Positions 11,366-22,370 of a stretch of DNA of 32,570 bases are shown here, in pieces. The notes beneath the pieces are model-generated. The model saw only the letters and a list, made by a program, of their open reading frames with translations. It was not told the origin of the DNA and ran no database searches. Each line of letters opens with the position of its first letter. Positions within the stretch are counted from its first letter, which is position 1. The position numbers were made by a program, and so were the translations under genes. The DNA is taken from the NCBI GenBank assembly GCA_002269645.1, contig NIVC01004536.1:1-32570 (forward strand), written 5' to 3'. This DNA comes from Macrostomum lignano. Its lineage: Eukaryota.

Positions 11366-12029
11366 TACTTGAAACAAATACTTGAATTTACTTCAAACGT
11401 ATCCCTCCAAAGTATCTTTTTATCACACTTTGTTAATCACAATTTAATAGTGATTAGGTGAATAAGATAAACAGCCTACTTGAGTCAACAAATATACTCT
11501 GAAGTTGTTAAGCCGTTTATATACGAGAAGTAACATATTTCAAGGTAAAATAACATAACAGAATAAATTACAATGTCATATAGTTAATTACACAACCGAC
11601 TCTAAAATGATAGAGCCAACTCAATTAGAGATAAAAGCTCGTCGACAAATACGCACGAAACTAACAAAAGATTATTTACATTAATTAATTTCCAAGGCAA
11701 ACGCACTGTCGGGAACACATCAAGTTAGCAAACCTAGTCAAACACAGGCGCAAATAATCCATCAATTTATGAGTTAGCCAATAGCACTACATGTAAATGG
11801 GATTGCCATTCAATTATCGGGTATTTCCTATTCCCCGATAGCAAATAACGATGATTGCTGCCCATGAACACTGCTTAGTTTGGACTATATGCAATCATAA
11901 AACGCATACCGGATGCAATATTGTCAGCTTCAATACATCCATTGTAGCATTCAGAGACTACATGTACATATAACAGCATCGCAGATGCGTATTAGTCGAA
12001 TTAGAAGCATCTAAGTCGAATCTTTCGCG

Positions 12030-13358
12030 ATGGCTGTCGAAAGCATGAAGCTACTTGCAATATTGCTTCTGTTCTGTTCGATCCTCGCAACGGAATGCAT
12101 CGCCAAGCGGAGAGACTATCAAGCCGAGCTGTTCAAATACTTGAAGAACAACATTACTGACTACAGTCCGAAACTGCGACCTACGCTCGACCCAGACCAG
12201 GAGGTGGAAGTACACGTCATCGCCTCGCCAAGAATGATTGTATCCGTGGACAGCGCCAAGCAGAGCATGACAATAGCTGGCATGTTTTTTGCCAGCTGGT
12301 ACGAGGAGCGACTGGTCTGGGACCCCCAGCTGTTCGGAAATGTCACAATGATGGACTGGGACAGCAACCAGCTCTGGCTCCCGGTCATAATCGTCTACAA
12401 CGGCATGGGAGACAATCAACTACTCAGTCCTCAGTTTCCGCCGTACATCACTTCCGTGCAGTCCAATTTGTCTGTGGTATCGACAACCTGGAGACAGGAG
12501 TGGGAGTTCTCTTGCGAGTTTAATATGACCCGCTTCCCTCTGGACCGTCACATCTGCGACATGGAGCTGTTCATGAATGCCCGCGCATTGGACAAAATCG
12601 TCCCGAGAAAAGGCTTATTATTGGCAAACTCATCGTTTGAATACAACGAAGGCGCGGCTTTTGCTCGTAACAGCGAATGGCGGGTGCTGAACCTCAGCAC
12701 ATTCATACGGTACAACGACTTCAAAATGTTCGAAAATCTGCCGCCAGTGAAAATGCCGACCTTTGTGATGCGACTGGAGATCGAGCGAGTGTCCACTTAC
12801 TACATGCTCAACGTGGTGGCTCCCCTAATGCTGCTCACGCTGCTCCAGGTGCTCGTCTTCTTCGTGCCAGTCGAGTCTGGAGAGAAGCTGGGCTTCGGCA
12901 TCACCATCACGCTGAGCTACACGGTGTTCCTGCTGCTGCTGGACGGCCTGCTGCCCAAGTCGCAGTCGATGCCGGCCGTGGCGTCGTTCATCACGGCGGC
13001 CATGGTGCTGTCGACGTCGTCTCTGCTGCTGACGTCGGTGGCGATTCGGTTCCACTTCGCTGCGGAGTCTCAGCCGATGCCGTCGTGTCTCCGGGTCGTG
13101 TTCGTGAGCTGCCTGGGCCGCGTGATGCTGTGCGGTGAGAGGCGAGGCGGCAGCAGGACGGCACCGGAGGGAGACCTCGATGATTCTGCTGTGAACAAAC
13201 CGAGCCGTGACGATGTTAGGAACGGAGATACGTCCGGAGAGCCGAGGCGCTCGGAGTGGCAGGTTGCAGAGGTCGCCGTGGAGCGGCTGCTGATCCTCCT
13301 AGGCTGTCCGGTCACTTTGGCCATCACGTTTTGTTTCCTTATTTTTCCGTTTCTTTGA
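12030..13358 (+). CDS. Cys-loop ligand-gated ion channel subunit A1 (nAChR-like, non-alpha), intronless, intact 442 aa
   Basis: Signal peptide; LRP, WxExRLxW, WLPVIIVYNG; Cys-loop CEFNMTRFPLDRHIC (C-X13-C, 12513-12557); M1-M2 linker PVESGEK; M2 LGFGITITLSYTVFLLL; M3; WQVAEVAVERL plus M4; no vicinal Cys in loop C. Confidence 0.95.
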   Translation: MAVESMKLLAILLLFCSILATECIAKRRDYQAELFKYLKNNITDYSPKLRPTLDPDQEVEVHVIASPRMIVSVDSAKQSMTIAGMFFASWYEERLVWDPQLFGNVTMMDWDSNQLWLPVIIVYNGMGDNQLLSPQFPPYITSVQSNLSVVSTTWRQEWEFSCEFNMTRFPLDRHICDMELFMNARALDKIVPRKGLLLANSSFEYNEGAAFARNSEWRVLNLSTFIRYNDFKMFENLPPVKMPTFVMRLEIERVSTYYMLNVVAPLMLLTLLQVLVFFVPVESGEKLGFGITITLSYTVFLLLLDGLLPKSQSMPAVASFITAAMVLSTSSLLLTSVAIRFHFAAESQPMPSCLRVVFVSCLGRVMLCGERRGGSRTAPEGDLDDSAVNKPSRDDVRNGDTSGEPRRSEWQVAEVAVERLLILLGCPVTLAITFCFLIFPFL

Positions 13359-13488
13359 AAAAACATTCGGTGGCACCTTCACGGAGATGGGTTTTCTGAT
13401 GGGTTAAAAATTCTCGTGTCTGACGAGAGTTTCGATATCTAAGCACCAAATTAACTTTAAAGATGATACGAAAACATTTTAATAGTAT

Positions 13489-13494
13489 AATAAA
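13489..13494 (+). terminator. Candidate polyadenylation signal for A1 (paralog at 26657-26662)
   Basis: AATAAA ~130 nt after the stop, kept in both copies. Confidence 0.4.
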
Positions 13495-13831
13495 GTCGGT
13501 TACTAATATATAGTTGCACTGAGTGAGGTGAAGAGTAAGTATCACGCTTCGACGTCACTAGTAAATTTTTTGGCGAACTGAATGTATACATGTATGCGGA
13601 CACTGTACTAAAAAATTATAATTACTCTTTTCTACGTCAAGTTTTTCTTTGGTAAGACCCTCTTGGCACAGCGCAAAAAGCTTAAAAAGATCAGAATAAA
13701 CAACTTTTCTATGCATTGCCGCTATCCAATAAGATTCTTTTAAAGTTTTTGATTGAAGATTGTCAAAAAACGCATGCTGCTTCAGGTGTTATTTATAATA
13801 TAAAGTAGTACAATCATATAATGATAGATAA

Positions 13832-14106
13832 CACCTGCCCTAATGGGCAGATTTGCAACCGACAGCTCAGCCGCAGCTATTGCGTGTCGCATCTGAAGGC
13901 TGCGTACGGCTGTTCAGTCCGAGGACTGGGGGGGGGGTTCATACACACCCTCAATTACCCCCAGCTAATGCTGGTACAAATTTTACAGCTGGGTGAACCG
14001 AAGCGTGTCAGTGTCTTGCTCGAGGACACAAATTGTTCCAAGAGGGTCGAGAATCGAACCCCCGACCTTCAGTCGTGAGTCCGACGCTCTGAACCACTAG
14101 GCTGAG
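13832..14106 (-). mobile_element. tRNA-derived SINE (copy 1) with a CORE-like central segment
   Basis: Minus strand: A-box-like AGCCTAGTGGTT, B-box GGTTCGATTCTC, then TGTGTCCTCGAGCAAGACACT...CACCCAGCTGTAAAAT resembling CORE-type SINE domains; no 5' acceptor stem. Confidence 0.75.
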
Positions 14107-15054
14107 ATTTAACTACATCCAATCAATAAGATCCAGTTACAGATGACGCAAGTGCAGGAATAGGTTCCGTGGGAATCGTGGCTCAGTAATTGCAAGTCTG
14201 AAAACGGCGCAGTAATTATTTATGCGAAACATTTTTGAAGGGACTGCGTTTGCGGAAAACTCTATTCGAATGAGATCACGCATGGGTTTCATCATAATAT
14301 TCATACCTTGGTTCATCTCATATACATTGTGGAAAAATATTGGCAATATTCGCGTCGACGGCATATTGGTAATATTCTAAGTTACGCGTCCTAAAGCGCG
14401 TCTGCTGCCCCTTGAGGATCAAGGGAAAGACTGAGCACTACCGTGACTTATTGATATGTAATGTTTAAGGGTCTTTGACCTTAACTATGTATATAAGCTA
14501 GGACACAATGGATCAATGGTACAAGCTAAAATTAAATTGGGCATTAGTTATTATTATACGCTATCGTATCTCAGATGAATCACGTGTAAGTTCTTAGTTT
14601 GCGGCCGATTAGAAACTTATAGCTACATTTAGTCATTCTACATTAGATGTCCACACGCTCCTCGAGCGAGCTTTATCCAGAGGCAAAGATCAGCAGAGGA
14701 GCTGCGTAGAATCCGCAAATATCAGTCATACCTGGCAAAGTCAATTTAGAAAATGAATCGCAAATAATACTAATTTTCTGATGAGACGAAAGTCACACAA
14801 TGAGATATACCTGGCTCAGTGCTGCATCAGATTAATTACGGGATACTCAGTGACTGCAATTCACAGATGCTCGTAGCAACTAAATAGGCAGACTATGCAA
14901 ACTTCAGAATTTGATAGCCTACTGCAGTGTCAACATGTAAAACGCATTTACGCTTGTATAGCTCAAAGGCTCGGGTTCAATAGGATCTGGGGATTTTATT
15001 GTCCAAGCTTAGCACGCTGCTCATCATTGAGACGGCTAACTCAACTACATCCAC

Positions 15055-16353
15055 GTGCCACAGTTCAGCCTTACCCGCTTCTGTTTGGTCTTCAGCGCCA
15101 TCGCTAGTGTTCAGGTGGCTCAGGCTAGAGACTTTGAAGCGGAATTGCTCGATTACTTGAAGACTAACAACTCTCGGTATAGCCGTACGCTCAGGCCGAA
15201 ACTAGATCCACATCAGGAGGAGCTCGGTGCTTGTCTGCTGAAAATTCTGGACGTAGACAGCGCCAAGCAGAGCGTCACCATAGCCGCAACTGTCTACGCG
15301 ATGTGGTTTGATGAACGCCTCGTCTGGGACCCGACCCAGTTTGGGAACATCACAATATTGGAATGGGACAACCAGAAAATCTGGTTTCCTCCAATCGTTA
15401 TTCTGAATGGTCTCGGCGACAATCAGCTGCTGAAGCCGGAGTTTCCATCATTTTTGGCCTCGATGTCATCGAACAAGACATTGGTGTCGACTATTTGGCG
15501 ACCAGATTTCGAGTTCACCTGCCAATTAAGCATGTACCGATTTCCAATGGATCGACACGTATGCAGTTTTAGTTTGTATATGGAGGACCAGGCTCAGCTA
15601 TACAAAAGTATAGTTCCAAGCAAGAAATTTTTGTGGAATGCGGAGAATGAGCAAGATGTGGAGTTAAATGAACTCGGTGCGCATAAAAACAGCAGCGAGT
15701 GGCGACTGCTAAGTTTGAGTACTTCGGTAGAATATGGACTTGTCAACTTTTTTAAGAATTCACCACTGATGCTAATACCAGCCTACAATATGCAAATGGA
15801 AATCGAGCGAGTGTCCACTTACTACATGCTCAACGTGGTGACTCCACTACTGCTGCTCACGCTGCTCCAAGTGCTTGTCTTCTTCGTGCCAGTCGAGTCT
15901 GGAGAGAAGCTGGGCTTCGGCATCACCATCATGCTGAGCTACACGGTGTTCCTGCTGCTGCTGGACGGCCTGCTGCCCAAGTCGCAGTCGATGCCGGCCG
16001 TGGCGTCGTTCATCACGGCGGCCATGGTGCTGTCGACGTCTTCTCTGCTGCTGACGTCGGTGTCGATTCGGTTCCACTTTGCTGCGGAGTCTCAGCCGAT
16101 GCCGTCGTGTCTCCGGGTCGTGTTCGTGAGCTGCCTGGGCCGCGTGATGCTGTGCGGTGAGCGGCGAGGCGGCAGCAGGACGGCGCCGGAGGGAGACGCC
16201 GATGACTCCGTGGTGAGCAAGGCGAGCGACGTCGGTGAAAGGCGCTCGGAGTGGCAGGTCGCAGCGGTCGCCGTGGAGCGGCTGATGATTTTCTTGGGCT
16301 GTCCTGCCGCAGTGGCCATTGTGGTTGCATTTGTCATTGTTCCATCCTGTTAA
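15055..16353 (+). CDS. Cys-loop channel subunit B1, intronless, open frame but GTG in place of ATG and a net 3-codon deletion in the N-terminal domain (possible pseudogene)
   Basis: Cys-loop CQLSMYRFPMDRHVC, PVESGEK, 4 TM; B2 has ATG at the same position; in-frame TAA at 15037-15039 excludes an upstream ATG. Confidence 0.85.
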   Translation: MPQFSLTRFCLVFSAIASVQVAQARDFEAELLDYLKTNNSRYSRTLRPKLDPHQEELGACLLKILDVDSAKQSVTIAATVYAMWFDERLVWDPTQFGNITILEWDNQKIWFPPIVILNGLGDNQLLKPEFPSFLASMSSNKTLVSTIWRPDFEFTCQLSMYRFPMDRHVCSFSLYMEDQAQLYKSIVPSKKFLWNAENEQDVELNELGAHKNSSEWRLLSLSTSVEYGLVNFFKNSPLMLIPAYNMQMEIERVSTYYMLNVVTPLLLLTLLQVLVFFVPVESGEKLGFGITIMLSYTVFLLLLDGLLPKSQSMPAVASFITAAMVLSTSSLLLTSVSIRFHFAAESQPMPSCLRVVFVSCLGRVMLCGERRGGSRTAPEGDADDSVVSKASDVGERRSEWQVAAVAVERLMIFLGCPAAVAIVVAFVIVPSC

Positions 16354-16901
16354 TTTTACTCGGCTAGACAAAAAATCGAAGCACAGTGATAGAGCGCTCT
16401 GTAGTAATATGAACTTATTAAACGTAATTTAAAAAAGCAGTCTCTTTTGTCTAATAGTTATTCTCTTTTACGTTCTCTAAGAAATGCCTCGCTGCTGAAG
16501 CCTTGGGGTCCAAAATTAAAGGTCACATTTGCTTAAACTATTTACACTAATGGGCAATGCTTAAAATACAAAATCCAACTTTAAAATCGAAGTGGTGTCA
16601 ATCGTTCTAAATACACAAATTTTATTCTTTTTGTGAATCTTTGTGGACTAATTTCTTTCTTAACCTTTTCTGCAACAAAGGGCATGATACTCCAAAACTG
16701 AGTCTATTTTGTACCTTATGTATGGAAAAGCTTTCACACAGAACTTACGGATTCAGAACGGTGAGTTGTATACAACTGTCACAACTTGAGACATCGCAAA
16801 ATCTGAAGCGATCGCTGAGTTGACTTCTGCAACTTTAACTTTTCGACTGCACCTTCGACTGCACCCGCATACTGCCGTCCAGGGCCATGAAAGGCACAGA
16901 G

Positions 16902-17280
16902 TGAGGACCAAGGGTTTATTAGGCTGAGGACCATGTGTTCATTGGGCTGAAGACCATGGGTTCATTGGGCTGAGGACCACGTGTTCATTGGGCTGAAGAC
17001 CAAGGGTTCATAGGGCTGAAGACTATGGGTTCATTGGGCTGAAGACCATGGGTACATTGGGCTGAGGACCACGTGTTCATTGGGCTGAGGACCATGGGTA
17101 CATTGGGCTGAGGACCACGTGTTCATTGGGCTGAGGACCATGGGTACATTGGGCTGAGGACCACGTGTTCATTGGGCTGAGGACCATGGGTACATTGGGC
17201 TGAGGACCACGTGTTCATTGGGCTGAAGACCAAGGGTTCACTGGTTTGAGGACCATGACTTCATGAGAACTGAGGACCAA
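16902..17280. repeat. 23-bp minisatellite, alternating GGGCTGAGGACCATGGGTACATT / GGGCTGAGGACCACGTGTTCATT (46-bp dimer)
   Basis: Strict alternation over ~17036-17220. Confidence 0.95.
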
Positions 17281-18009
17281 TAATGTGGTAGCGTGTGGCG
17301 TGTGTCTGGGGTGTTTGCATGGTGCTAGTTTGGTTTGGGTGTGTTATCGAATTATCGATTGTTCGTCCGAAGCTTCTAACGTTTTCGGCTTTGATAAATC
17401 TAAAGACAAAATATGTCAATAAATAAACTTTATCTGACATTTTCCAATATGCGAAATTTCCTCCACTCAATTGGCAGTGAAATTTGATAGCGAAGCTGCT
17501 ATTCTAGTATGATGCTTCGAATTTGGACGAAGCAATTGCTTCTCTTTCGACACCTAGATTTCGCCTCGAATAGTAAATTAATTTCACAAAAATATCAAAG
17601 CAGTCACGAACTATAGAGTAAACACCTGAGCCATTTTTACACAGACATGTATAGATGCATGGACACCTGAGGTATAGGCCGGTGGGATATTTTCGAATCT
17701 CTTTTAGGGTTATTATTGTCATCTGGATCGGTATCTGCCAGTCAAGGTCAACTGATTATAGGCTTTTAGCCTGTTAGTCAGTTCTGCAAAGCCTGTTAGA
17801 CAGTCTGTAGAGATCTCTAAAACATAGTATAAGCAGACTACTAGAAGTGGAAAGATAAAATATTTAAAAGACAAATTTTACATGCTTGGGTTCATACTCA
17901 ATTTTTAATAGTAATCACGAAAACAGTAAATGTCTATTCCACTATGCGAAAAACCGGTTCTCAACATCTAATTTTAGAACTTCCAAATATGGTAAATGTT
18001 GACCTGAAT

Positions 18010-19790
18010 GCTCTTTGCCGCCTCTCCTTTGATATCAATTACCGGAGGAGGGGCACAGAGGAAGGCATTCATGCCTTCAAAAGGAGTACAGGGTGGAGCG
18101 CCCATAGTCATGCGTCAGGCTCTGCCCTGGATTTTGTAGAGATTACCGAAATTCCAAAATTGCCGAAAGTGGGCTAGATGACCGCTAGCCCACACGAGGC
18201 TGGCGTAACAGATTGAGGTGCGCATAATGGCAGTGTAAATCCACCACAGTTTTCTGGGGGTGAGCCCTAGGTGGTTCCTACGGCGCGCCTGATCTGAGCC
18301 AGGACAGCCAGGGCTTTTTTGGCTTTGGTTTGGATGTGCGGAGTCCAGTTAAGCCTGTGGTCCAGAGTGAGGCCCAGGCCGCGGACGTGCTTCTCCATGG
18401 AAATATCCTTTCCATAGAGGGCGAGGGGCTTAATGGTCCAGAGCAGTTTGTTGGTAAACATGACCGCTGTGGTTTTCGACTCTGAGAGTCTAAGGCCACA
18501 TTGGTTTGCCCAACGCTCCGCTCGTCCCAGAAAGCCCTGCAGAAGATCTCTGAGGTATCAAACGAGGGACCCTCGCATATGGTGGTCACATTATAGGCAT
18601 AGCCCACCTTGAGAATGGTGTCATGGAGATCACTGCAAAGCAACTCATCCATGCGTCCTTTCTGGACAGGCGCCGTTAGAGAGCTGCTGTTCAGGTGGAC
18701 CACGACAGTGCGGTTCCGGATCATGAACATGATCCACCGGACAAGGGGAGGGTGCGTGGCCCTGGAGTCCAGGGCTCTGCAAAAGGCCTCGAAGATGACA
18801 TTGTCAAAGGCCCCCTCAATCTCCAGGAAAAGCGAGAGGGCAAAGCCGCTGCCAAGAACGGCCCTCTTCAGGAAGTCAACGATGACATGGAGGGCACTCT
18901 CAGTGGACCTGCCCGCGCGGAAGGCGTGCTGGTTCTGCGAGAGTGGGAAGCGCTTTAGCTCGATTGAAAGTAAGCGCCAAAGCACCAGTCTTTCGAGGAG
19001 CTTAAGGCAGAAGGAGGTAAGGCTGATAGGCCTGAAGGCCTTCACCTATTCGTAGTCGCAATATCCAGGCTTGGGGATAAAGACCACCCGGGCCTCTTTC
19101 CACGCAACTGGTACATAGCCCAGCTCCACACAAGCTCGGAGGAGACGACAGAGCAGGTCCAGGAAGCGGTGGTTTTTCACTGCCTCGTGCAAGAACGCTT
19201 AGTAGATGCCATCGGGCCCAGGCGCCTTGAACGGGTTGAAGGACCTTGTCGCTCTAGCAATGCGGTCTTTGGTGATCATAGACTTTGCTTGGCCTTGCCC
19301 TCCCACGGTGTGGTCAGGCGGGCCCTGCTGAGTCGGAGATTTAGGGAAGAAACTGTTGAGCATGAGCTCTAGAGTCTCTTCAGAGCTCTCTGTGACCGAG
19401 CCATCAGGTCTCTTCACAACAGAGAGTTTAGAAAAACGGTCGTTCGTGAGTGCCTTTACCACGTGGGCTACGGGGCGAGAGCCCTCAAGCCCTTCGCAAT
19501 ATTGGCGTCACTTGGCCGCCTTGGCCCTTCTGACTTGGCCCTTAAACTCGTGGATAGCACGGGTATAGGCCTCTCTATCAGATGGGTCTTTGGTTTTGAA
19601 CGCTCGTCTTTGGAGGGTCCTGGCTCGGCGCCGAAGGCTCTGGGTTTCACCAGGGAGCAGATTTCTTGCCTTTGAAGGCCTTAAGAGGGCAGGCTGCCTC
19701 ATAGGCAGTGGTGATCGCCCCGTCCAGGGGGGAGGCGTGATCATCCACAACCCGGCAGTCAGAGAGGTCACTGGGGACTGCTAGATCGGA
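18010..19790 (-). mobile_element. Degenerate non-LTR retrotransposon ORF2 relic (LOA/R1-like reverse transcriptase)
   Basis: FNPFKAPGPDGIY, WKEARVVFIPKPG, FRPISLTSFCLKLLERL, QHAFRAGRSTESALH, LFLEIEGAFDNV, YADD decayed to YAYN, KAKKALAVLAQIRRAVG, LWWIYTAIMR, TPFEGMNAFL; stops and frameshifts; clade call from motif style only. Confidence 0.92.
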
Positions 19791-19822
19791 ACCCAACCAT
19801 TCGATGGATGGAGTTGCCCTAG

Positions 19823-19962
19823 CTCCAGAGGCTTATTCTCTGGCGGCTGCTTTCATGCGAGCTGACAGCAATGCCCCTCAGCAATAATCAGCACGCCTTC
19901 CGTACCGAGAGAACGACTGACAGCGCCCTGCATGCGATAGTCGAGAAGATTGAACGGGCGGT
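19823..19962 (+). mobile_element. LOA/R1-like LINE relic, 5' piece (interrupted by a DNA transposon)
   Basis: LQRLILWRLLSCELTAMPLSNNQHAFRTERTTDSALHAIVEKIERAV; continues in frame at 22802. Confidence 0.88.
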
Positions 19963-21215
19963 CCCGGTGTAAAAAGTAGGGTCAAGCGGACGTCTTTCGG
20001 ACCCCGACGGGTCCTCATTGGGGTTGCGTCTGCTTTGAGAAAAAAATGTCTAGTTTTTACATTAAATCACTCTAAAGGGCCATATTTCAGTTACTTCATG
20101 GCTAAAAAGTTTGTCGACTTTGTACTTATGTGGGTCCGTTATTCGTCCCCAATGGTCCGTTTAGATCCGATCGACTCCTAAAAAATGCAAGTTTTTTCTA
20201 ACGCCGTATAAATGTCCCTTTTGCTGTGATTTCGGTTAGTTTTGGGTTTATTTTCAAGTATTCACCTTTGTGTACTGACAACTAGCACTTTTTGACAGTC
20301 CGATTTAAAAAGATACGTCAGATGAAAAATGACCCTTGGTCATTCTCCAGTTGCATAATTTACTACTTGTGATAGTAGAAAAGTTGGCGAAGTTTCTTTT
20401 CAAACTTTTCAAACTTTTCAAACTTTAGTCTTTTGTGTTTTGGGGCTTCTAGATTGCAGTCGCTTGACATTAGCCTTTCAGTTGAAAACAAATTAATCTT
20501 TTTGTGTGAATGTTATATTTTCGTTTTTCATAGACTAATTTTTACGCTATCTTTTAAAGCTACATTTTGGTTGGGGTGTCGCGTAAAATACGTATCAACA
20601 GTAAGTCTGATCATGCCTTACTACTTTCGACAGTAGGGTTCACCAGAAAGGACTATACCCTGAGTGATAACTGCTTTTTATTAAAAATACCAAATTACCT
20701 GGTTATTAATTGCGTACAATCACTTTGATTATATAAATATTTTGCAGTGCCAGAGCTTTTGAATTTGGAAAAGAAGTTGGTCAAATTTTCAGTGCGCACC
20801 TTATCCGTGTGAATAAGAGTTTAGCAACGTTGGGCGTGGGTGGGTTAAAACTCAAGAATTTCGGGAAAACAGAAAGTGAATGAGCTCAATGTAGCACTGA
20901 GCCGCCGAAGGGCTGGCGCCAGATTTTGGTGGACCAGGGCCCCGAAGCCCTAACTAAGATCAGTAGCGCAACGAGAAATTTTTAGGGGGGGGATTCTGGA
21001 GGGTAAAGCCCGGGAGGAAGCGGAGGGGTGTCAGGGTTGCTTTCACAAGGTCGAAATTTCATATCCTCGAAAATACATATCTCACATAGCACCCTATCCT
21101 TTCTTATCTCCCATTATCTTCTTATTTTTACCATCTCTTATCTCCTCGCTTCTCTCGTTTCTCTCCTCTCCATTTTCTCTACTCTCAGCTCCTTTCCTAG
21201 AGAAATTTCATATAT

Positions 21216-21601
21216 TGTTTGGGAGCCTGCTGTTTGGGAGGGGACCGCTTGCTGTTTGGGAGGGGACCGCTTGCTGTTTGGGAGGGGACCGCTTGCTGTT
21301 TGGGAGGGGACCGCTTGCTGTTTGGGAGGGAACCGCTTGCTGTTTGGGAGGGGACCGCTTGCTGTTTGGGAGCCTGCTGTTTGGGAGCCTGCTGTTTGGG
21401 AGGGGACCGCTTGCTGTTTGGGAGCCTGCTGTTTGGGAGGGGACCGCTTGCTGTTTGGGAGCTTGCTGTTTGGGACCCTGCTGTTTGGGAGGGGACCGCT
21501 TGCTGTTTGGGAGCTTGCTGTTTGGGACCCTGCTGTTTGGGAGGGGACCGCTTGCTGTTTGGGAGCTTGCTGTTTGGGAGGGGACCGCTTGCTGTTTGGG
21601 A
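21216..21601. repeat. Compound minisatellite of 22-bp (TGTTTGGGAGGGGACCGCTTGC) and 15-bp (TGTTTGGGAGCCTGC) units inside the DNA transposon
   Basis: Seen directly. Confidence 0.95.
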
Positions 21602-21749
21602 ACTTAGAAAGAATTAGAAATTAAAGAATACGTAAAATACGCATTTAGAGAGATTTAGAGTTATATAGCGACAGGTACAGGGAGGCAGATAAACATGTTC
21701 CAGGTCCTCTCTAACCCTGTGTGCAACCCACCCAAACCTACATTTACAG

Positions 21750-21930
21750 AGGACGACCCTCTGAGCGCGATGTAGAAGTCGCCGTTATTCAGGTGCTGAA
21801 ACACGCTGCCGAGAGGGAGGCCGCACGCCAACGTAGAAAATCCCTACGTGAAGAGCACCACGAAATGCCAGGAGACACCAGCGAGGCGCAGCAAGGGATG
21901 AGAAAGCGGGCCAGAATTGACTCTGATTGA
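21750..21930 (+). other. Exon-like ORF remnant inside the DNA transposon (GRPSERDVEVAVIQVLKHAAEREAARQRRK...), possible accessory-gene C-terminus
   Basis: Preceded by acceptor-like CATTTACAG; helical amphipathic plus basic pattern resembling DUF4806/BEN-like C-termini (from memory, unverified). Confidence 0.3.
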
Positions 21931-22011
21931 GATGTCGAGGAGTAACTGTTTATTTCTTTTCACCACAAAAACATTAATTTTCTGGATACGCACCAGAATA
22001 TCCTATGTATT

Positions 22012-22370
22012 AAAATTCAGATAGAGATAATTAGGATTCAGGTAAGAGATAATTAGGATTTAGGTAAGAGATAATTAGGATTTAGGTAATAGATTAGGAT
22101 TCAGATAGAGAGAATTCAGGTAAGAAATTAGGATTCAGGTAAGAGTAAGGTTAGAGATTAGGATTCAGGTAAGAGATAATTAGGATTTAGGTAATAGATT
22201 AGGATTCAGATAAGAGATTAGAATTCAGGTAAGAGATTAGAATTCAGGTAAGAGATTAGGATTCAGGTAAGAGATAATTGGGGTTCAGGAGATAAGAATT
22301 AGAATTTAGATAAGAGGTTATTAGGATTTAGGTATTAGATCAATAGAATTCGGGTATTTGATAATTAGGA
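22012..22370. repeat. Degenerate ~20-22-bp tandem repeat (TTAGGATTCAGGTAAGAGATAA) inside the DNA transposon
   Basis: Seen directly. Confidence 0.9.

Larger units (their letters stand above)
10602..17765 (+). repeat. Segmental duplication, copy 1 (paralog of 23838-~31005)
   Basis: Collinear matches at offsets 13236 (10621/23857), 13174 (11093/24267), 13169 (A ATGs) and 13124 (16590/29714); 10691-11092 has no counterpart. Confidence 0.93.

Noticed and set aside
12677-13366. Recurrent overlapping and antisense ORFs over the TM cassette (also 15847-16371, 25994-26534, 28971-29461)
   Set aside because: Shadow frames of GC-rich coding sequence; they recur only because the cassette is repeated
14040-14106. 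tRNA gene (anticodon-like CAC) on the minus strand, and its copy near 27205-27270
   Set aside because: The 5' acceptor strand is missing, stems are imperfect, and it runs straight into a SINE body
17791-17802. GCCTGTTAGACA, matching the 790-2050 satellite core
   Set aside because: 12-bp isolated match, not arrayed; insufficient to claim a relationship
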